DNA from: Calditrichia bacterium
GTDB taxonomy: Bacteria > Calditrichota > Calditrichia > JAJRVZ01
Length of the DNA stretch: 64,000 nucleotides
Assembly: GCA_963796965.1 (NCBI GenBank)
Contig: CAWCNS010000004.1
Span: forward strand, 928,001-992,000
Direction: 5' to 3'
Positions 33,600 to 44,936 of this stretch are shown one piece after another. The notes beneath the pieces are model-generated. The model saw nothing but the letters and a program-made list of their open reading frames with translations, was not told the DNA's origin and did no database searches. The translations under genes were made by a program, and so were the position numbers. How positions within the stretch are numbered: the stretch's first letter is position 1; every line of letters begins with the position of its first letter.

Positions 33600-34732
33600 T
33601 ACCATCATTAATGCATCCTCTACAAGGATGACGTATTTGCTTATGATTGCTTTGTTACAATAATTCATCCTCTATGAGGAGAGGTTGATTGGTTTATACA
33701 AGCTGTGTTATTAACCTCGTAGAGGTTTTATTTTTGTAGAAATCACATTACCCCAAAACATATAATCCTTCGGCTAAGCATGTACATTAATAAAATGTCA
33801 AATGTCCAAGCCCAAATGCCAAATAAATTCCCAATGATTTAATGTCAAATTGAATTTACTTGTTTTTGATATTGTGATTTGGACATTTAATTGACATTTA
33901 GATTTGGTCATTTGACATTAAATGTGTGTGTCAGGATAAGATATAGATTGGTATTAATAAACACTGGGATTTCAATGGTTTTGTAAATCTTCTAAAGTAA
34001 AGATTTCCTCTACTTGCCTTATACCTTAATGCCGTATACTTATACCTTTTGTCCTATATTTGTTGGTAGCCTCATACTACACCATGAAAATACAACCTCT
34101 ACAAGGATGGAGATATTCTTGATGCCTACTTTGTTACAATAATTCATCCTCTACGAGGAGAGGTTTATTGGTTTATACAAGACTGTGTTATTAACCTCGT
34201 AGAGGTTTTATTTTTGTAGAAATCACATTACCCCAAAACATATAATCCTTCGGCTAAGCATGTACATTAATAAAATGTCAAATGTCCAAGCCCAAATGCC
34301 AAATAAATTCCCAATGATTTAATGTCAAATTGAATTTACTTGTTTTTGATATTGTGATTTGGACATTTAATTGACATTTAGATTTGGTCATTTGACATTA
34401 AATGTGTGTGTCAGGATAAGATATAGATTGGTATTAATAAACGCTGGGATTTCAATGGTTTTGTAAATCTTCTAAAGTAAAGATTTCCTCTACTTGCCTT
34501 ATACCTTAATGCCGTATACTTATACCTTGTGTCCTATATTTGTTGGTAGCCTCATACTACACCATGAAAATACATCCTCTAAAAGGATGGGTTTGTGGTT
34601 TATGCATGTTATTACAATAATTTATCCTCTTCGAGGATATGATTTTAGATCTATCTTGATTATTAACCTCGTAGAGGTTTTATTTTTGTAGAAATCACAT
34701 TACCCCAAAACATATAATCCTCGTAGAGGATT
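33600..34732. repeat. Tandem amplification (period 480 bp, about 2.3 units) of REP-like CCTC-TAC/GTA-GAGG palindrome clusters with a nested inverted-repeat insert
   Basis: 33703-34080 is nearly identical to 34183-34560; a third partial unit runs to 34732. Confidence 0.9.
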
Positions 34733-35122
34733 CATAATTGGGGACGTCATATAAATGATGACATATTTTAAAGAATTTGTTCTAAAAAGGTAGTTAAATA
34801 TTTTCATTAATTGGTTTAAAATCTATCAAAACCAAATCTTTAAATTATTTCAAAATGGCATTTGCAATGTCATTCTTCCAAATTTTTTAACTCTTTTTAA
34901 TATAACTCCCCATTGGTAATTATCATATTCGGACTTCCATCTGTATAAATATTCAAAACCATAGCAAAATAACGCATGTTAATTAACTTGTGTGCATATA
35001 ATTTCATTATTGATATTTTAAGAAAATGGGTGCTTATAGCGGATATTTATGCCTTTAAATAATTGGCTCAGATCAACACTACGTGACTCCTAATCCAAAT
35101 ATTCTGGGATAGTAGTATTCGT

Positions 35123-35151
35123 TTGCATCTTGAATTACATTTTACTATATT
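35123..35151 (+). promoter_or_regulatory. Putative sigma70 promoter
   Basis: TTGCAT-17 bp-TATATT, about 490 bp upstream of the receptor gene. Confidence 0.4.
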
Positions 35152-35392
35152 CACGGAACATTTACACCTACCTCACAAATGAATCAAAAGTTATTAAGCA
35201 GTCCTGTGCATTTGGAGCAACTATTTATGTCAGGATCGGCGGTGGATTTCCTCTTTATGGGAAGAGGAATTAATTTGAGGGTTAGCTTGATACAGGTGGT
35301 TTTTCAACAATTAATCAAAACTTAGGCAAACTTGATACTACGTAATTTCTGAGAGAAAGTTGCGCGGCATAGGCATTTTTTTTCCTGCGGAA

Positions 35393-35488
35393 GTAGGCAA
35401 AATTTTGCCTACCCGGGAATATCGAGGATTTTACGCGTTGATATTCCTGTGTTTAGAGTCCACAACTTTTTTTGGTATTATATTTGTA
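35393..35488 (+). promoter_or_regulatory. 20-bp perfect palindrome plus sigma54-like -24/-12 element
   Basis: GTAGGCAAAATTTTGCCTAC at 35393-35412; TGGTAT-N5-TTGTA at 35473-35488. Confidence 0.45.
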
Positions 35489-35642
35489 CTAATAAATCCG
35501 GGGAATAATGACTTCCTTTCACTTTTAAAATAAATAACATACAAACATACAGAAGGAGGATGCTATATGACCTAACTTTCGTGTACCTTTTTTTATTTTT
35601 TTACCAAATCATTACTTAAAATGTTACTATGGAGGTAGTAGG

Positions 35643-38534
35643 ATGTTTAAGAAGTTATTTATACTTATGTTAGTTCTGACAATGGTACCCGCGGTTTTTG
35701 CCGGTACAACCGGAAAAATTGCCGGTGTTGTCAAGGACAAACAGACGGGTGAGCCTCTACCTGGTGTCAATGTCTTGATACAAGGTACTACCTTGGGCGC
35801 CTCAACTGACATCGATGGTTATTATGTAATCGTTAATGTTCCTGTTGGTGTACATGAACTGCAAGTATCATATATTGGATACAAAGATATTTTGATATAC
35901 AATGTTCGTGTCGTTGCAGATGCAACAACCCGGTATGATTTTGAGATGGACCAAACACTTCTTGAAGTATCAGAAGTGATTGAAGTTACAGCAGAGCGTG
36001 AACTGATAAGAGCGGATAATACCGCCTCACGTACCACGTATACGGCCGAGGTAATGAAATCTCAGCCAGTGACAAATGTTCAGAATACGGTTGCCTTAAC
36101 CGCGGGTGTTGTTGAAGGTTCCTTCCGTGGCGGTCGTACAGGTACTGGCGAAGTAAAATATCTGCTCGATGGAGTCGATATTTCTAATCCCATGGGTGAT
36201 GTTAACAGAGGGATGCAACCAGGCCAGGGTGATGATGAGATGGCGACAGACGTTATTGAAGGCGCCATTGAAGAAATGTCCGTCATTACCGGTGGCATGA
36301 GTGCCCAATATGATGCAAAATCTGCCGTTATTAATATGGTTAGCCGGGGTGGCGGATCAGAATTCAGTGGTTATATACGCACCACAATGACCCCAAGTGA
36401 ATATGGTGATGGTAATATCATAGGTTATAGCGCCGGTCAACCCACTGGTTACATGTCTGATGCAGAGGCCGTTGCTGAAGCACGTCAGGTTGGTACAGGT
36501 AGTGCCAATGTGAATGATGACTATTACGCTCAGCCGAGCAAACTTTTTCTCAATCCCAAATTCAGACGTTATGAAATTGGCTTTGGCGGTCCCGTCTCCC
36601 TCAAAGGATTTGGCGTCGGTGGCAATTTGACTTTTAATATTAGTGGTGACTTTTTTGACCAGGGTGGTTTTTATCGTGGACAATCCATGAAACAAGAAAC
36701 CTGGAATTTTAAAATGATCTACAACACGGCTTCCAATTCAACCTGGAGTTTGACCTACAATACATCGAATCGAGAACAAAGAAATTCGTCCCATACGTTT
36801 AGCCGTATTGTAACCACCGGTGATACGCTCTATGGTTACAATGCTGGCTCAGAGAAACCAAGCAAGGTTCTTGTTGGTAGTATTGTACATCCTGATGGCC
36901 GTCTCGAAGCGGTTCAAGATTACGATATGATGCAAAATATAAGGCGACCTGAATATAATAGTAATCTTTTAAATTTTACCTATAAAAACACCGTTTCCTC
37001 AAAAACATTTTTCGAGTTGGGGGTCAGTCGTTTTTATACTGCTGGAAAACATCGTACGTATGATCCGGCAACCGGTAAAGCCATAGGACTGGAGGATTTT
37101 CGCACAACCCGATTTGCCAGCCCGGCCAATGCTGAATTTTTTCCTCCGGGAGCACCAACTGCCCAGCTCGTCGAATCATACTGGTATGTTCTGCCAATGG
37201 TTACGGCAACAACACGTCAGGATGATGAGCAAACTGCCCTAACGTTCTCCGGTGATCTGGTCAGCCAGTTAAATGAGAACAACGAGTTACGTATTGGCGC
37301 CAAGTATGTGCAATGGGATATTTATGATAAATATGAAGGTTTCGCTTCCGGTGGTAATGAATACACCAGTTTTGTCGATCACCTGAAACCACGCAGACTT
37401 TCTATGTATGCAGAAGATAAGATCGAAACCGCAGGTATGATTCTTAATCTCGGATTGCGTTTTGACTGGTTTGATCCAAATGCGATTGTACCGGAAAATT
37501 TTGATGATCCGCTTAAAGAAGGTGCAAAAGATCCAAACAGTCCTCTTTATTTGGATCCAACATCTTCCGCAGAAGACCGGATCAAAAATCCAACGGCTGC
37601 TGATCAGGCTTTTAAATTATCTCCGCGCCTGGGAATTTCCTTCCCGATTACGGAAAGAGATGTCTTCCATGTGAATTATGGCCATTATTTTGGTATGCCA
37701 ATGCTTGGTCATCTCTATGATAATTATACCTGGTCTCTGCTGGGTGCTTTTAAGTATCTTGGCAATCCAAATCTTCAGCACGAAAAGATTATTTCCTATG
37801 AAGCAGGTATACAACATGCTTTTTCTGATGATGTTAAATTGGTTGTAACCGGTTTTTATAAGGATATCGCCGACCTCGTCAACAAAGAAAAATATGTTGA
37901 TGAAACCACAGGCGCCCCTTACTGGGTAAATATTAACGCTGATTATGCTGCTGTTACGGGTTTTGAGATTGGTGTGCGTACCAGGCGTGTTGCGAACTCA
38001 ATTCTTTATGTGAATTACACATTCTCCAGTGCCAAAGGAAAAAATTCAGATGCTGAACAGTCCTTTTTGGATGATTACCGCAACCGTCGTCCCAGAACGG
38101 ATGAATTCCCTCTGGATTGGGATGTAACACATACGGTATCTCTGAATTATGACTTCCGCATCCCTGAAAATTATTGGGGTAGTCAGTGGACTGATGATTG
38201 GGGACTAAACTTTGTTCTTACTTATAATTCTGGCCGTCCCTATACCTCAGCGAACACGGTACCGCCACCCTATCTTCCGGCGGTTAATGATGAGAGATAT
38301 CCGGCCTGGACAAATGTTAATATGAGGATTTATAAGAATTTCAGGATTTGGGAATCAGTTAAATTTGGTGCCTATGTTGATGCCTTTAACCTGTTCAACA
38401 ATCGTGCCTTGCGTACAATTCAGAACACGGAACAATATGATCAGGGATTTGATGATGGTGATGGTACACAAAATGTCCCCTGGGCCTGGGCAACGCCGCG
38501 TGCTTTACGTTTAGGCTTTGAATTGTTGTTCTAA
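35643..38534 (+). CDS. TonB-dependent receptor with N-terminal carboxypeptidase-regulatory-like domain
   Basis: GKIAGVVKD..TGEPLPGVNV, plug FRGGR, GLRFDWFD, SPRLGISFPI, terminal RLGFELLF. Confidence 0.9.
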   Translation: MFKKLFILMLVLTMVPAVFAGTTGKIAGVVKDKQTGEPLPGVNVLIQGTTLGASTDIDGYYVIVNVPVGVHELQVSYIGYKDILIYNVRVVADATTRYDFEMDQTLLEVSEVIEVTAERELIRADNTASRTTYTAEVMKSQPVTNVQNTVALTAGVVEGSFRGGRTGTGEVKYLLDGVDISNPMGDVNRGMQPGQGDDEMATDVIEGAIEEMSVITGGMSAQYDAKSAVINMVSRGGGSEFSGYIRTTMTPSEYGDGNIIGYSAGQPTGYMSDAEAVAEARQVGTGSANVNDDYYAQPSKLFLNPKFRRYEIGFGGPVSLKGFGVGGNLTFNISGDFFDQGGFYRGQSMKQETWNFKMIYNTASNSTWSLTYNTSNREQRNSSHTFSRIVTTGDTLYGYNAGSEKPSKVLVGSIVHPDGRLEAVQDYDMMQNIRRPEYNSNLLNFTYKNTVSSKTFFELGVSRFYTAGKHRTYDPATGKAIGLEDFRTTRFASPANAEFFPPGAPTAQLVESYWYVLPMVTATTRQDDEQTALTFSGDLVSQLNENNELRIGAKYVQWDIYDKYEGFASGGNEYTSFVDHLKPRRLSMYAEDKIETAGMILNLGLRFDWFDPNAIVPENFDDPLKEGAKDPNSPLYLDPTSSAEDRIKNPTAADQAFKLSPRLGISFPITERDVFHVNYGHYFGMPMLGHLYDNYTWSLLGAFKYLGNPNLQHEKIISYEAGIQHAFSDDVKLVVTGFYKDIADLVNKEKYVDETTGAPYWVNINADYAAVTGFEIGVRTRRVANSILYVNYTFSSAKGKNSDAEQSFLDDYRNRRPRTDEFPLDWDVTHTVSLNYDFRIPENYWGSQWTDDWGLNFVLTYNSGRPYTSANTVPPPYLPAVNDERYPAWTNVNMRIYKNFRIWESVKFGAYVDAFNLFNNRALRTIQNTEQYDQGFDDGDGTQNVPWAWATPRALRLGFELLF

Positions 38535-38562
38535 CCAGGATATAGATGGAGGATATAATACA

Positions 38563-40383
38563 ATGAGAATAACTTTTAATACATGGTTCCGGATTGCTCT
38601 TGTTCTGGCGGTGAGTCTGTTGCTGGTAACCAGCATGGCCTTTGCCAAGAATAAAGACGCATCGGGTACTAATTCAAATAATTTAGCAAAACCGTCTGCA
38701 GCGGATGATATTGTTATCGCCGTTGGATCAGTACAAAACTATTTTACATCCAGCACCTTCACACCAGGAGGTGGTAGTGATGAACAATCATTCATTATTG
38801 GGGATGATGGTCTTCACGAGCCGTCGATGGTATGGCTGGAAGGTGGCTATGCCGAAAATCATTATCTTTATTACGGTAAATGTATGATGGCAACCGAGAA
38901 TAATGAGGTTCGTTTTAGTACACTCGATACGGATGACTGGGAAACATACTTGAACGATCCGCAAGCGGTCGCTCCTGCAGTTGTCACATTTACACTAAAT
39001 GACAATGTTACTTCACAAACCCTTAAAAAGGGTATTACAGCCAGACAGACGATATATGCCTGGTCGGAAAGTTACCGTGACGACTTCTATATTTTGGAGT
39101 ACGACATCACCAATACCGGCGCTTCGTCCTTCACTGATTTTTATGTATTTCAAGTACATGATGCTGATATTTCCACCGCTGGTGGTGGATCGGGTAGCCT
39201 TGCCTATTCCCGTGATGATGTGCCTTCTTATTATCTGGGTACAGATCTCAATGGGGAGCCGGAACATCTCTCATTTATGTATGATGGTGATAATCCGGAT
39301 ATTGCCGGTGATGATACGGGTGGTAGCAGAACACCAAAAGAAGCGACCGGTTATATTGGATCAAGAATTCTCGAATCTCCTCCTATTGTTGGGGATACGG
39401 ACAGTTCAACCGCCAATACACAATCCGGTCACCAATGGTGGGATTGGAACTCAGATCCCCAGCTTGGCGGCGACTTCTATAATCTCTGTGCTTTAAATGA
39501 GATGAAAGCTGATCCCGGTTCTCCCCATGATTACCGGTATATGCAGATCACCGGACCTTTTGAATTAGAACCAAATCAAACGATTAAAGTCGTATTTGCC
39601 TATGGAATTGGTGAAGGTTTAGAAGGATTACGCACCAATTTACAATGGGCTTATGATCTGTACTGGAATGACTGGCAGGGTCCTGCAGCACCCACTGCGC
39701 CAAACATGGCTTTAGAATCTAGTCAGGGCATGGTCACAGTGACCTGGGACAGTGTCTCCGAGCATTCCAGAGATCCTCTGACGGGTGAAAAAGATTTTCA
39801 GGGCTATCGTCTCTATCGCAGCCTTGATAGATCCCAATGGACCTTGTTGGCAGAATGGGATCGTGTAGATAATATTGGGGCCAATACAGGGTTGCCGGTA
39901 TTTAACGCGAACGGTCTTTATGAATATACGGATACAGATGTTACAGATGGATTCCTCTACTATTACTCTGTTTCTTCATATGATAACGGATCTTCTGATC
40001 TGCCTTCATTAGAAAATGGTAAAAGAGTAGACTATTCGACTCAACCTGGAGCAGGCAATACAGGCTCTGTGGTTGATGAGGATAAAATTCGTGTTGTACC
40101 GAATCCCTTTGTCGTAAAAGCACCATGGGATTTCACCCCGACAACAGACAATCCTGCTGAAGAAAGACTTCAATTCCAGAATATACCGGATGATTCCAAG
40201 GTTACCGTATTCTCCCTCGCGGGTGATATGATAATTGAACTCTATCAAGAGGGGGATCAGGGCTGGATTGACTGGGATTTGATTACACGAAACAGGCAGA
40301 AGATAGTTAGCGGTCTATACTTGTACGTTGTTGAACCCCCTCAGGGTGATAACTTCGTGGGCAAATTTGTGGTCATACGCTAA
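38563..40383 (+). CDS. Secreted acidic protein with Fn3-like domain and T9SS-like C-terminal domain
   Basis: Signal peptide; APTAP...VTWD...DFQGYRLYRS; IRVVPNPF...WDLITRNRQKIVSGLYLY...KFVVIR. Confidence 0.75.
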   Translation: MRITFNTWFRIALVLAVSLLLVTSMAFAKNKDASGTNSNNLAKPSAADDIVIAVGSVQNYFTSSTFTPGGGSDEQSFIIGDDGLHEPSMVWLEGGYAENHYLYYGKCMMATENNEVRFSTLDTDDWETYLNDPQAVAPAVVTFTLNDNVTSQTLKKGITARQTIYAWSESYRDDFYILEYDITNTGASSFTDFYVFQVHDADISTAGGGSGSLAYSRDDVPSYYLGTDLNGEPEHLSFMYDGDNPDIAGDDTGGSRTPKEATGYIGSRILESPPIVGDTDSSTANTQSGHQWWDWNSDPQLGGDFYNLCALNEMKADPGSPHDYRYMQITGPFELEPNQTIKVVFAYGIGEGLEGLRTNLQWAYDLYWNDWQGPAAPTAPNMALESSQGMVTVTWDSVSEHSRDPLTGEKDFQGYRLYRSLDRSQWTLLAEWDRVDNIGANTGLPVFNANGLYEYTDTDVTDGFLYYYSVSSYDNGSSDLPSLENGKRVDYSTQPGAGNTGSVVDEDKIRVVPNPFVVKAPWDFTPTTDNPAEERLQFQNIPDDSKVTVFSLAGDMIIELYQEGDQGWIDWDLITRNRQKIVSGLYLYVVEPPQGDNFVGKFVVIR

Positions 40384-40417
40384 CTGAATTGAGCGGAAAA
40401 ATTAGGAGGTTTAAATA

Positions 40418-41437
40418 ATGAAAAAAATTGCCTTAATAGTTTTGGTCATCTTGCTGGCTGCTTCTACCGGTTTCGGTCAATTTGCCAAAGTGGGAACCGC
40501 AGGGATGAAGTTTCTTGACATCTCTATGGCTACACGCGGCGTCGGAATGGGTAATGTGTTTGCAGCTTTTGCTGATGATGCCAGTACATTGTTTTGGAAT
40601 CCTGCCGGTATGGAAAACTTAGCGACAGGAGAAGCTTGGGCAGGTATGGTTTCCTGGCCGGCTGATATATATTTACATGCTGCTTCTGCGGTTTTAAAAG
40701 CAGGTGATATCGGACATTTTGGTGTCAGTTTCAGGTTTTTAGATGTGGGATTGATGACCGAGACCGATGTATTTAATCCGGCCGGAAATGGCGGTACCTT
40801 TGGTGTAGCCAGCTGGGCTGCAGGTATTTCTTATTCCCGGTCCCTAACAGAAAGATTTGCTCTGGGTATTACATTTAACTATATCCAGGAGCAATTGGCT
40901 TCCTGGACAGAAAATACCTGGGCCTTTGATCTTGGTGGTTATTATAACACCGGTTTTCAAGGTATAACACTTGGCTTCTCAATCCTGAATTTTGGTCCTG
41001 CCATGCGGTTTGAAATTGATGATGACCGTGATGGAAGTATTGACGAAGATAAATTGGATGGTGAAGACAATGATGGTGATTTGTTAGTTGATGAGGATGT
41101 TGAACAAGCGGATGTACCAACACCGATTAATTTTAAATTCGGTATCAAAATGCCACTTATCACCTCAGGTGATAGCAAACTTGATATTGGTGCGGAAGTA
41201 GTGCATCCTGCTGATAATACAGAATCCTATAATATAGGCGCGGAATACTGGTTCATGAATATGCTGGCCGTACGAGGTGGCTATGCTATAAATGAAATAG
41301 AAGGAAGTGGTTTTTCTGCAGGTGCAGGATTCAATCTGAATGTCAGCGGTGACATGGCTATTTATATTGATTATGCCTATCAGGATATGGGTATATTAAC
41401 CACAGCTCATCGCGCATCAATCGGCTTCTCATTTTGA
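40418..41437 (+). CDS. PorV/PorQ-family barrel with an acidic DxDxDG-like insert
   Basis: AKVGTAGMKFLDI...RGVGMG...FWNPAG; terminal Phe. Confidence 0.85.
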   Translation: MKKIALIVLVILLAASTGFGQFAKVGTAGMKFLDISMATRGVGMGNVFAAFADDASTLFWNPAGMENLATGEAWAGMVSWPADIYLHAASAVLKAGDIGHFGVSFRFLDVGLMTETDVFNPAGNGGTFGVASWAAGISYSRSLTERFALGITFNYIQEQLASWTENTWAFDLGGYYNTGFQGITLGFSILNFGPAMRFEIDDDRDGSIDEDKLDGEDNDGDLLVDEDVEQADVPTPINFKFGIKMPLITSGDSKLDIGAEVVHPADNTESYNIGAEYWFMNMLAVRGGYAINEIEGSGFSAGAGFNLNVSGDMAIYIDYAYQDMGILTTAHRASIGFSF

Positions 41438-41474
41438 TGAATGCTTATCTTAAATATTTTGGAGGAAGAATAGA

Positions 41475-43350
41475 ATGAGAAAATTGCAGTTATGGCTCCT
41501 GTCATTCATAATAGTTTTTGCCTTTGTGATGACGGGATGCGAGAAAACCGGAGACCCTGCCAAGTCCAATGCCGCACCTGATACACGGATTCTATCCTAT
41601 TCTATCAGTAGTGTCGCTGAACTGGACACCTCAGGCAATCCGACAAATAATTATTTAACAACCATTTACATCTCCGGAAGTGATATTGACGGCGCTATTA
41701 AAAATTATGAGTATTCGCTTGATCCATCATTTCCTTCAGGATCTACAGGTATTACGCTTCGTCAGACGGTCGAGATTTCTCTCGACTTTACACTATCTTC
41801 TAGCGTATATATGGCCTATATCGAGGGCTATTGACAATTTGGATACTCCTGACCCAACGCCTGCTAAGATTGAGATTAAACGTGATCAGGGAGGTGTTGA
41901 AACAGCCATTGTTAATGGCCCGCCAAATGGTGCAAACGTTTCATCTGGTGTTACTTATGAGGTTAATGCAACCAGCAGTACAGGTACGATTACAAAAATT
42001 CAATACCGGGTGAATGATGGTGACTGGATGACTACAGATGCGGACGAATTGGGTTCTGCATCTGTCCTGATTCAAGGATTACCTTCGGGAACCAATGTCC
42101 TCAGTTTCGCCGGTGAGCGTGATGATGGTCTTGTCGATGCTTCACCAACCACGGTATCATTGGTCGTTCGCGATGCTTTTGCTCCGCTTCTGTCCAGTAA
42201 CAGTCCGGTTGTGGATGGTGGTGGCTGGTTTGAGGGTGTTACACTTACCTTCAGTTGGGAAACGGAAGTCGGTTATTATTACGGCTCCTTACCTCCGGAA
42301 GCCTATTGTTTTGTAGCCGGAGCAGGTCTCGCACCACCAGCCGGTTTTAACCTTGATCCGGAAGAATCTTTCGGCGAAGGCTGGAGTGGAGCTGATACCT
42401 ATGATTACGATCCACCGGTTGGGGCTAACATGTTTTATCTAAAGGTGCGTGATACAGGTGGCGGATGTGATACCCTGCGTATCCGTTTTGGTGCCGCTGC
42501 TCCATCACTCGATCAGGGCATTCTGGTTGTTAATGGCGTTGATCCACCTACCTATGGCTCTCAACTTCAGGATAAAATAACGGCCTCAGCTTATTGGGGT
42601 ACCTTTAATGTTGATTTTTGGGACTTGTTCGGAACTATGGGCACACCGGCCGTGACCCTGCCGGCTTCTGCTAACTATGTAGGTGGTGGTAGCCAGTTGT
42701 CGCCGGATGTGATGGCTAAATACTCAACCATCATTTGGTTGGCTAACGAGTATCTAGGTGATTTTGAACTCTGGCAATTAACCCCATCCTATGCCTATTT
42801 ACAGGCAGGTGGCAATATGATCTTGGCCAGCCGCTATGTGGCAGATTTTATGGGTGATGCTCTAACCGAATATGCTAATATTGGCTGGCGGGACGGTTCT
42901 GCGGCGGGTTCTGGGGCCGGTAGTACGATTATTGAATATGAGCCGGTATATCCGGGTCTGGTCAGTATGGAACCTTTCCTCAGAACTATGACCGCCACAT
43001 CGGTCTGGTCTGGCGGTGGATTTCTTGACTCCACCGACGATGGTACAGTGACGGATTGGGATGGTGTTATCGGTTACTCAAGCGATGTAAATACAACCTT
43101 GATTTTTGCTCATCGCAGCGATGGCTATAACGCAGACTCTCCTTTCGCTTATGTCCGTGGACTTGGTGTATGGAGTCACCCTAAATTCGCTTTTAGTGAT
43201 GTTGCCGCAGGGAATGAATATCCCACAGCAGGAACCGATGAGGCGACAGGTAATTTCATCGTAATAAGTGGAAGACACTATGGTTTTGATGTTACTGCCA
43301 CGTCAACAAATTTTGATTTTATGTTGAAAAATATGTGTGCAGAACAATAA
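41475..43350 (+). CDS. Large lipoprotein with Ig-like domains (frameshift near 41815)
   Basis: MTGC lipobox, NAAPDTRI, RAIDN..PDPTPA across two ORFs. Confidence 0.65.
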
Positions 43351-43380
43351 TAGTTGATGTTAAAAATTGGAGATATAGAT

Positions 43381-44887
43381 ATGGTTAAAAAAACACTTAT
43401 CATTAGCCTGGCTTTGATTGTGCCTCTCCTCTACTTTATGGGCTGTGCTGAAGATGGAAAGCCTGTTGCACCGGAAAACGCTTTATCAATTAAAATAGTT
43501 GCCGGTCCTAGTGGAGAAGTACCATTCAATGCCTATGTAACCTATCAATGGCAGGCTATTGGCGGCTCAGGGGAATATGCGAATTATTCCTATACCCTGA
43601 CCCGCAATGGCGGTGCTTTTAAAGAAGGATCATCATCTTCTGTAAATACGGTAACCTTCAAAGATTTAGATGTAGGTGATTATGTCTTTACGGTTACGGT
43701 AACGGATAGCAAAAATGCTACAGCGGGTTCAACACCGCTGACCATTAACGTTACCAGCAGCACGGCTGTTCCGGTTGTTGCTATTACACAGAGTCCCCTG
43801 GAAGGTTCAGAAGTTGCGGAGCTCAAGCCGGTTACATTTGCCTGGATGGGAGATGATCCTGAAGCGGAATTTGGTGTTGTCACTGGATATACATTTAAAC
43901 TCATGCGTGATACCACTGTTGTAGGTGGATACGGATGAACAAACATATGTAAAAACAATCACTTATGATCAATTACCACAGGGTGATTATATGTTTGTTG
44001 TAACCGCCTGGAATAACGCCAATCTATCTGCGTCTGATTCTACAAATTTCACGGTTATTCCTGCAAATCTCCTCTGGGTTGATGACAATGATCTGGGGAG
44101 CATTCCGGCAGAATTTACGGAATATCAGGAAAAGGTTATCCAACTTGACGGATTTGCCTGGAATGAGTTCGATATTGTGGAAAATTTAACTGGAGATGGT
44201 TCCACTATACCTTTATTGAGGACCATTCTTAATGATCCCAGTAGTACTGTTGAGACTGTTATCTGGGATGCAAATCTTACATGGGGACCGTTTGAACTTT
44301 GGTATGCGACTGGTGACGCAGATTTTGCGCCATCCGTACTTGCCGATTTTATAGATAATGGTGGAAATCTGGTCCTGATTGGTAATGAATTTCAGGATAT
44401 GATCCAGAATACCCTTCCCCCTTCAGAAGGTGATTGGGAAAATGTTTATCAGGGAATCTCGACAGAAGAGTTAATGACTGTAACGTCCGATACAACTGAT
44501 ACGCTAATCGTTGATCCGGATACTGGTATCGAAGTTCCTGGTATTATAGTCACATTTGACACAACTTACACAGATCCCTGGGAATATTATGGTACAGACT
44601 ACTCCGGTGCTGCTCCAATGACTGGTGTGAATGGCTATCCCAATATCAGTGTTGACATTGGTAAGATAGATCCGAATGAAGAGGCTGCTTTTACTTACTA
44701 TAATATTTCTCCAGATGTAAAGGTGATACATGTAGATGCTAATGAAACAATCGTCAGTTACGTTTATCAGCCTGAAGGAGATACCCGAGGTAAAGTAGTT
44801 ACAATTGGTTTGCCGATGTATTTTGCACCAACTCAGGAATATAAGGATACGATTCAAAAAATCCTTAAAGAAGAGTTTGGCATGTAA
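43381..44887 (+). CDS. Lipoprotein with Ig/PKD-like domains (frameshift near 43925)
   Basis: FMGC lipobox; beta-rich repeats; LLWVDD...DNGGNL domain resembling the upstream lipoprotein. Confidence 0.6.
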
Positions 44888-44904
44888 TCAGCTGTTGATT
44901 CAGA

Positions 44905-44936
44905 GAAAGGCCGTCATTTTGACGGCCTTTTTTTTT
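44905..44936 (+). terminator. Rho-independent terminator
   Basis: AAAGGCCGTCA-TTT-TGACGGCCTTT followed by T-run. Confidence 0.88.

Noticed and set aside
34494..34691. 65-aa ORF inside the repeat region
   Set aside because: Lies in repeat DNA, has no SD and no recognisable domain.
33600..34732. Possible CRISPR array
   Set aside because: Repeats alternate orientation, most spacers are near-identical between units, the period is 480 bp and no cas genes are present.
35200..35640. Cobalamin or c-di-GMP riboswitch upstream of the TonB receptor
   Set aside because: GGCAAAC is present but the GEMM GAAA/CGCAAAG pattern is not, and no B12 box was found.
38999..39496. 165-aa alternative-frame ORF and other short overlapping ORFs in the track
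   Set aside because: Fully nested in well-supported genes and without motifs; treated as chance ORFs.
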